Shown piece by piece: positions 58,804 through 64,000 of a DNA stretch of 64,000 nucleotides. The notes below the pieces were generated by a model. It was not told the DNA's origin. It did no database searches and saw nothing but the letters and a program-made list of their open reading frames with translations. The stretch is taken from the NCBI GenBank assembly GCA_963665815.1, contig OY762463.1, positions 224,001-288,000 of the forward strand, read 5' to 3'. The position numbers and the translations under genes were made by a program. Position 1 is the stretch's first letter; each line of letters begins with the position of its first letter. Origin of the DNA: Candidatus Cloacimonadales bacterium. GTDB lineage: Bacteria; Cloacimonadota; Cloacimonadia; Cloacimonadales; JAIOQZ01.

Positions 58804-59260
58804 TCTTATGCATGTGCAACATAAATGCATTGCTGGATTCCTTTATATTAATGGAGCCATGGAGGAATGAAACTCATTTCCTTTTCTTAGCTGTAAACTA
58901 AAGTTTAACTCATACACTAAATCGATACCTGCATTTTCTCTACGAATTGTTTTACATTTAATATATTGATTAATATGACATTATGATTGAAGGATTGTTA
59001 TTTGATATGTAACATCCATGAACTCAAAATTAACTCCAATTTTTCCCATTTCAATTTTCGCTGACTAATGAAAAGAATCAATTCCAATTTCATTCAATCC
59101 GTTTCAGTCCATGTAAACCTGCAGTATATTAATTTTCGAGTATTTTATTTTTTGTGGATCAAATGAAATTTAGATTTTTCGGAATAATATGTGCTTAATA
59201 ATGTTAATAATATTAACTTTTACTTGACTGTGAAAAACATAGTCAGGATTAAATTGCAGT

Positions 59261-60961
59261 ATGAAAAAAATAATATTAGCTATTTCAATATATATCGTAC
59301 TTGCATCAGCGTTTGCATGTACAATAGGAGCAGCGTCCGGTATTGCTACCGAAGACGGTCGTCCAATGATTTGGAAAACAAGAGACAGGTCGGGACATGA
59401 AGATAACTTTATCATAATGGATACATCAGGATTGTACCGTTGCGTTTACGTAACAGACGTAGGAAAACCTGATGCCTGGATGGGACTTAATGAAACAGGG
59501 TTCTGTATAATGAACTCAACTTCGAACGATCTCACAGGTTTGAGACTATGGGGAGAAGGCGATCTCATGTATGAAGCTCTTAAACATTGTTCAACGGTTG
59601 ATGATTTCCAGATTTTTCTTGAAAATACTGTTGGTATACGAAGTGTTGCAGCGAACTTTGGTGTTATGGATGCCCAGGGGGGAGCAGCAATATTTGAGAC
59701 AAGCAGTGATCATTACTGGCGTTACGATGCAGAAGCAAGTGAAAACGGCTACGTTCTGAGGACAAACCATTCAGAGCAGGGTGGAAGTACATACGGGAGA
59801 ACAAGGTTGCAGCGCTCGCATGAGCTTATAGGCAACATGTATAATACTAATACTCTCAACTATAAAAATGTGCTGCAGGTGCAGATGAGGGATTTTATGG
59901 ATGATAATCAGGATGGAGTACCGGTTCCTTATGAGGGATTCTGGGAGTCCGGTATGCCCTATGGTTTTGTTGATATATATGGAAGCATATGTGGAAGAGT
60001 AACAGTTTCTACGGCTGTTTTTCATGGTGTTAGAGATGGGGAAGATCCGCTTTTGACAACTATGTGGACAATGCTTGGGCATCCTTCGTCAACCATTGCA
60101 TTCCCGATCTGGGCAGTTGATCCACCCGATAAAGTTACCGGTGAATACAGTTCTCCAATATGCACAAAAGCAAGAGAAATCAAACCACAACTTTTCAGAG
60201 ATGGAGTTTATTCGGACAGGCACATTGATACTTACCTCTTAAGAAATGATTCCGGTACAGGCATCTGGGACGTTTTCTTTGATGCAGAAGACAGAATATT
60301 CTCTCAGACAGATTCAATTCTCTCAGTATGGAGAGACAATGGATTTACTACTTCTGAACTCTATGACTTCAGCAGTAGTATGACCGAGTATGCTTACAGT
60401 GTAATGGATTCTCTTCAGATTAACAGATCAGCAGTAGTTAAGTTTTCATCTGATAAGCTGTCTGGGTTAGCTCCATTGAAAGTCCGATTCGCAGATGAAT
60501 CACTGCACAATCCTACAGATTGGTACTGGGATTTCGACAATGATGGTAATTATGAAGCGTACAGCAAAAATCCTGAATGGACATTTAATACACCCGGAAC
60601 TTATTCTGTCAGACTGACAGTTAATAACATTGAAGGTATTTCAACCTATACAGCCGATAGTCTAATAACTGTTTTTGATTCCGGTATAATACCTGAAATT
60701 CACTTAAGTCCTAATCCGTTCAGTAAGGATGTAATTTTTAATATTAAACTACCCGATCCTTCGTATGCAAAAATAAGGATTTATAATCTGAAAGGTCAGA
60801 AAGTACATGGATTTATGTTGGAAAATGACATTCTTGATGAGATAAATTACTTGTGGGATGGTACAGATTCAAATAATATTCAGGTTGCTTCAGGGATTTA
60901 TCTTTACAAAATTGAAACGATTTCTAAAATTTTCACTGGTAAAATAATAAGAATAAAGTAA
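59261..60961 (+). CDS. Secreted Ntn-hydrolase (peptidase C45-like) with PKD and FlgD-Ig/T9SS-like C-terminal domains
   Basis: Signal peptide AFA-CTIG exposing an N-terminal Cys; KTRD, GLNETG, RTNH; PKD WYWDFDNDG; PNPF...IYNLKGQKV...WDGTD...SGIYLY. Confidence 0.8.
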   Translation: MKKIILAISIYIVLASAFACTIGAASGIATEDGRPMIWKTRDRSGHEDNFIIMDTSGLYRCVYVTDVGKPDAWMGLNETGFCIMNSTSNDLTGLRLWGEGDLMYEALKHCSTVDDFQIFLENTVGIRSVAANFGVMDAQGGAAIFETSSDHYWRYDAEASENGYVLRTNHSEQGGSTYGRTRLQRSHELIGNMYNTNTLNYKNVLQVQMRDFMDDNQDGVPVPYEGFWESGMPYGFVDIYGSICGRVTVSTAVFHGVRDGEDPLLTTMWTMLGHPSSTIAFPIWAVDPPDKVTGEYSSPICTKAREIKPQLFRDGVYSDRHIDTYLLRNDSGTGIWDVFFDAEDRIFSQTDSILSVWRDNGFTTSELYDFSSSMTEYAYSVMDSLQINRSAVVKFSSDKLSGLAPLKVRFADESLHNPTDWYWDFDNDGNYEAYSKNPEWTFNTPGTYSVRLTVNNIEGISTYTADSLITVFDSGIIPEIHLSPNPFSKDVIFNIKLPDPSYAKIRIYNLKGQKVHGFMLENDILDEINYLWDGTDSNNIQVASGIYLYKIETISKIFTGKIIRIK

Positions 60962-60975
60962 ATTATATATAAGAG

Positions 60976-61440
60976 ATGATTATGAAAAAAATATACATGA
61001 TATTCATTATAGCTTTTTTAAGCAGTGTTCAGTTGTTTGCAGCTATTAATCTAAACGCTTTGAAGAGAGAAGCTGCAAAGGGAGATACTATTTCAATGTA
61101 TCAATTAGGAGCTTTTTACGAAAACCTTCAGCCTGCTCCGAAATATGAGGATGCTTTATATTGGTATAGACTTGCTGCCAATAAAGGTCATGTTAAATCC
61201 GAATATAAAGTTGCCATGTTTTTTGAAACAGGTAAAGGTGTCAGAATAAATTACAGGGAGTCCTTCAAGTGGTTCAGAAAAGCCGCAGAAGAAGGATATC
61301 CTGATGCTCTGTATAAACTCGGAGTAAAATATTTTCTTGGTAAAGGTGTATCGAAAGATATTGAGAGAGCTAACGAATACCTGAAGAAAGCTTCTGATGC
61401 AGGACATCTTCAGGCAAGATCAATGCTGGGGAATTTATAG
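60976..61440 (+). CDS. Secreted SEL1-like repeat protein
   Basis: Signal peptide; YWYRLAANKG, KWFRKAAEEG repeats. Confidence 0.88.
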   Translation: MIMKKIYMIFIIAFLSSVQLFAAINLNALKREAAKGDTISMYQLGAFYENLQPAPKYEDALYWYRLAANKGHVKSEYKVAMFFETGKGVRINYRESFKWFRKAAEEGYPDALYKLGVKYFLGKGVSKDIERANEYLKKASDAGHLQARSMLGNL

Positions 61441-62006
61441 TGAGATCAATACTTGTATTTCTTTTATTATCATACTCTTTAATTTATGCTGTAGATATCA
61501 AAAAACTTGAAAAGGAAGCCAATGCCGGAGACAGAAAAGCTCAATACAATCTTGCAGAAGCTTATTTTCACGGAGATGGTACAAAGGTTAATCATCTGCT
61601 TGCTGTTAAATGGTTCAGAATGGCTGCAACAAATGGTGATTCCGTTGCAATGAACAATCTTGGATTAATGTACGAGAAAGGACTTGGAGTAAAATCAAGC
61701 CTTGAACTTGCCTTTAAGCTTTACACAAAATCTGCAGGGAAAGAATATCCGCAAGCTCAATATAATCTTGGAAGGATTTATTATAATGGTATACCCGGAT
61801 TGCTCGAACCGGATTATGAACAGGCGTATGTTTTTTATAAAAAAGCTGCTGAAAATGATATCGCGGTTGCCCAGTATAACTTGGCAATTCTATGTTTCAA
61901 TGGTCAGGGGTGTAAAAAAGATAAGTCTATTGCAGAAAAATGGTTTAGCAAAGCTGCTGAAAACGGATATACAAAAGCTGAAGATATTTTGAAGAAATAT
62001 TATTAA
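61440..62006 (+). CDS. Secreted SEL1-like repeat protein
   Basis: Signal peptide; AQYNLA/AMNNLG/AQYNLG repeats; GTG start overlaps the previous TAG. Confidence 0.88.
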   Translation: MRSILVFLLLSYSLIYAVDIKKLEKEANAGDRKAQYNLAEAYFHGDGTKVNHLLAVKWFRMAATNGDSVAMNNLGLMYEKGLGVKSSLELAFKLYTKSAGKEYPQAQYNLGRIYYNGIPGLLEPDYEQAYVFYKKAAENDIAVAQYNLAILCFNGQGCKKDKSIAEKWFSKAAENGYTKAEDILKKYY

Positions 62007-62192
62007 TATTTTCGTTAAATCAGTTATATTTCTGTGTTGCTATTCAAACGTTGTTATCTATTAAGCAACCTTAATTTCATTCAAGTTTAAATATTGACAT
62101 TGTGAAACTTCGATAATCTCAAATTTTCAAACTTTTAGTTGGCAAAAACACATCTTAATTTATTTTTTACATAACATTAAGAGAGGAAAAGA

Positions 62193-62549
62193 ATGAATAT
62201 GAATGATAAACCAAAATTCAGTCAAGATGAAATGTACATGTTGCTGAGAGAAGGTAAAATTGCAGAATTTAATGAAGCACGAAGAAAAGGTAAACCGGTA
62301 AACCTGAAAGGAACTAATCTCAGGATGCTTGATTTACGAGGTTTGAATGCTGATGGACTTGATTTGTCAGACACATATTTACGACAATGTGATTTAAGAG
62401 GTTTAGACTTAACTAATACTAATCTTGAAGGAGCGAGTATACACGGAGCCCATATTTCAGGCGCATACTTTCCTAAATCTGTTAGTTCTTCCGAGTTAAG
62501 ACTGTCTCTTGATCATGGAACACGACTACGCTATCGGGATGGTTTATAA
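62193..62549 (+). CDS. Pentapeptide repeat protein
   Basis: VNLKG TNLRM LDLRG ... CDLRG LDLTN TNLEG ASIHG AHISG. Confidence 0.88.
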   Translation: MNMNDKPKFSQDEMYMLLREGKIAEFNEARRKGKPVNLKGTNLRMLDLRGLNADGLDLSDTYLRQCDLRGLDLTNTNLEGASIHGAHISGAYFPKSVSSSELRLSLDHGTRLRYRDGL

Positions 62550-62551
62550 AT

Positions 62552-63844
62552 ATGAATCTTTTCAATCACCTTAAAGGTGTATTGATTCAGCTTCAAATAC
62601 TTTACTTCGACATGGCTTCTTATCTTCTCTTTGGCTTAATTGTTGTCGGAGTTCTTCATTTATTTTTTAAACGAGAACTTATACTCAGATTTCTTGGCGG
62701 AAATCATTACAAAGCATCAGTAAATGCTTGTTTGTTAGGAGTACCTTTACCATTGTGCTCCTGTGGAGTAATCCCTACAAGTGTTTATCTGTCAAAAAAC
62801 GGAGCATCCAAAAGTGCAGTACTTGCCTTTCTGGTTTCTACTCCGCAGACAGGTGTAGACAGTATTATGGCTACATTTGGAACCCTTGGGCCTGTATTTG
62901 CAGTATTCAGACCTTTTGCTGCCTTTATTATGGGGGTGGTGACAGGTATTTTTACAGAACTTTTCAACCGAAAGGATGATGTAATATTTGATTCTGATGA
63001 ACCTGAAACTTGCTCTGGTGATTCTTGCAATGGTGAATCCTGTTCAACGGAACATCACGAGGAAAAGCCGGTAAACAGATTCAAGTACATGATGAATTAT
63101 GCTTTTGGTGAGTTTCTGGATGATATATCTATCCATTTTATTGTTGGATTAATAATTGCAGCATTGATCTCATTTTACATTCCGGATAACTTTTTTGCAG
63201 AGACATCTATAAATTCAGGTTTACTGGGAATGATTGTTGTAATTCTTATAGGTGTGCCTATGTATATCTGTGCTACCAGCTCAATACCTATTGCAGTAGC
63301 CTTAATAATGAAAGGATTTTCACCCGGAGTAGCTTTTGTTTTTCTTACGGTAGGTCCAGCTACAAATGCAGCGACAATAGCAATTTTATTCAAGGCAATA
63401 GGAAAAAAGAACACATTGATTTATCTGGCTTCCATAATAGCCGGTTCAGTAATCTTTGCCTTGCTTTTCGATTTATTCTTAAACACATTTGATATCTCAG
63501 TTAAAGAAGTTGTGCATCAACATTATCATGAAGCTGGCAATAATGTCATTAAGGTAATTGGTGGAATTGTATTCGGACTTCTTCTATTGAGATCTGTTTA
63601 TACAAACCTAAAACACAGATTTTCACGGAAAGAGGTAAAAGTGGAAGAAAAAGCTAAAACAATTGTTGTACACGGAATGTCCTGTAATCATTGTGCAAAG
63701 ACTGTGCAGGATGCTGTAATGAAATTACACAATGTTAAAGATGTGCAGGTTGATCTACAACATAATCATGTACATGTTGATGGCGATGTTGACCTGAAAG
63801 AAGTCAAAAATGCAATCGAAAGTGCAGGATATACAACTGAATAA
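62552..63844 (+). CDS. DUF318/ArsP-type (SO_0444-like) metal permease with C-terminal HMA domain
   Basis: PLPLCSCGVIP, STPQTGVDS, YICATSSIP, GPATN; Cys/His-rich loop; GMSCNHC. Confidence 0.88.
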   Translation: MNLFNHLKGVLIQLQILYFDMASYLLFGLIVVGVLHLFFKRELILRFLGGNHYKASVNACLLGVPLPLCSCGVIPTSVYLSKNGASKSAVLAFLVSTPQTGVDSIMATFGTLGPVFAVFRPFAAFIMGVVTGIFTELFNRKDDVIFDSDEPETCSGDSCNGESCSTEHHEEKPVNRFKYMMNYAFGEFLDDISIHFIVGLIIAALISFYIPDNFFAETSINSGLLGMIVVILIGVPMYICATSSIPIAVALIMKGFSPGVAFVFLTVGPATNAATIAILFKAIGKKNTLIYLASIIAGSVIFALLFDLFLNTFDISVKEVVHQHYHEAGNNVIKVIGGIVFGLLLLRSVYTNLKHRFSRKEVKVEEKAKTIVVHGMSCNHCAKTVQDAVMKLHNVKDVQVDLQHNHVHVDGDVDLKEVKNAIESAGYTTE

Positions 63845-64000
63845 CACAAGAAAAGCCAATATAGTTTATTTCTCTGCTACAGGAAATACTCTTAAGATTG
63901 TTAAGGAAGCAGAGCAATTTTTACATTCAACTGGTTATGAAGTTATTGTCAATTCTTTTGGCAGTAACTTCATTCCATCTTTCAAGGATACAGCTCTCCT
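63822..64000 (+). CDS. Flavodoxin-fold (EFR1-like) protein, 5' part, runs off the window
   Basis: Open frame from GTG 63822 reads VQDIQLNNTRKANIVYFSATGNTLKIVKEA...; YFSxTGNT is a flavodoxin FMN-loop motif; absent from the ORF track because truncated. Confidence 0.65.
   Translation, partial: MQDIQLNNTRKANIVYFSATGNTLKIVKEAEQFLHSTGYEVIVNSFGSNFIPSFKDTAL

Noticed and set aside
58804..59260. Pseudogene or small gene in the intergenic region; weak hairpin GGAATGA/TCATTTCC near 58864
   Set aside because: Only short stop-interrupted frames with no recognisable motif; the hairpin is too weak to call a terminator confidently
1..64000. tRNA, rRNA, prophage, integrase, transposase or anti-phage defence genes
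   Set aside because: None recognisable by eye; tRNAscan-SE, Infernal and DefenseFinder were not run

Overview
This is an AT-rich bacterial chromosomal segment from a diderm organism (lpxB, many lipoproteins) that is probably anaerobic (Fe-S and Mo enzymes). A secreted protein with a FlgD-Ig/T9SS-like C-terminal domain is consistent with Cloacimonadota or a related FCB lineage; this is inference, since no marker gene is present. In order, the window holds: two orphan lipoproteins; an alpha-2-macroglobulin + pbpC operon; a TPR protein with a HisKA/DHp domain but no ATPase domain; aroA; a REC-REC-PPDK_N protein; a four-gene MASE1/histidine kinase/response regulator phosphorelay; a THUMP methylase; tldD-pmbA; a dipeptidase; an AKR-FeS protein; tsaB; an MBOAT + SGNH O-acylation pair; pfkA; a diguanylate cyclase; lpxB, DUF374 and an aminotransferase; a pyrB-pyrC-pyrK-pyrD-pyrR-pyrF operon with a PyrR-binding leader; a LysM-TPR protein plus an SLT-TPR-M23 lipoprotein; an operon of ThrC-like, xanthine dehydrogenase-family, lipoprotein and non-canonical PreA-like genes; a C45-like peptidase; SEL1 proteins; a pentapeptide protein; a metal permease; and a truncated flavodoxin-like gene. 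No rRNA, tRNA, CRISPR array, transposase or prophage was seen. The most interesting signals are: (1) a PyrR stem that hides the Shine-Dalgarno of a 7-aa upstream ORF and has no obvious terminator; (2) the Xdh-family operon containing a DHOD/PreA-like enzyme that lacks the catalytic Cys; (3) the dual SLT+M23 hydrolase with its LysM partner; (4) two families of small non-autonomous elements, one nested inside a copy of itself; (5) an AroA naturally carrying the G96A-equivalent glyphosate-tolerance residue. All calls come from reading motifs by eye; no database searches were run.
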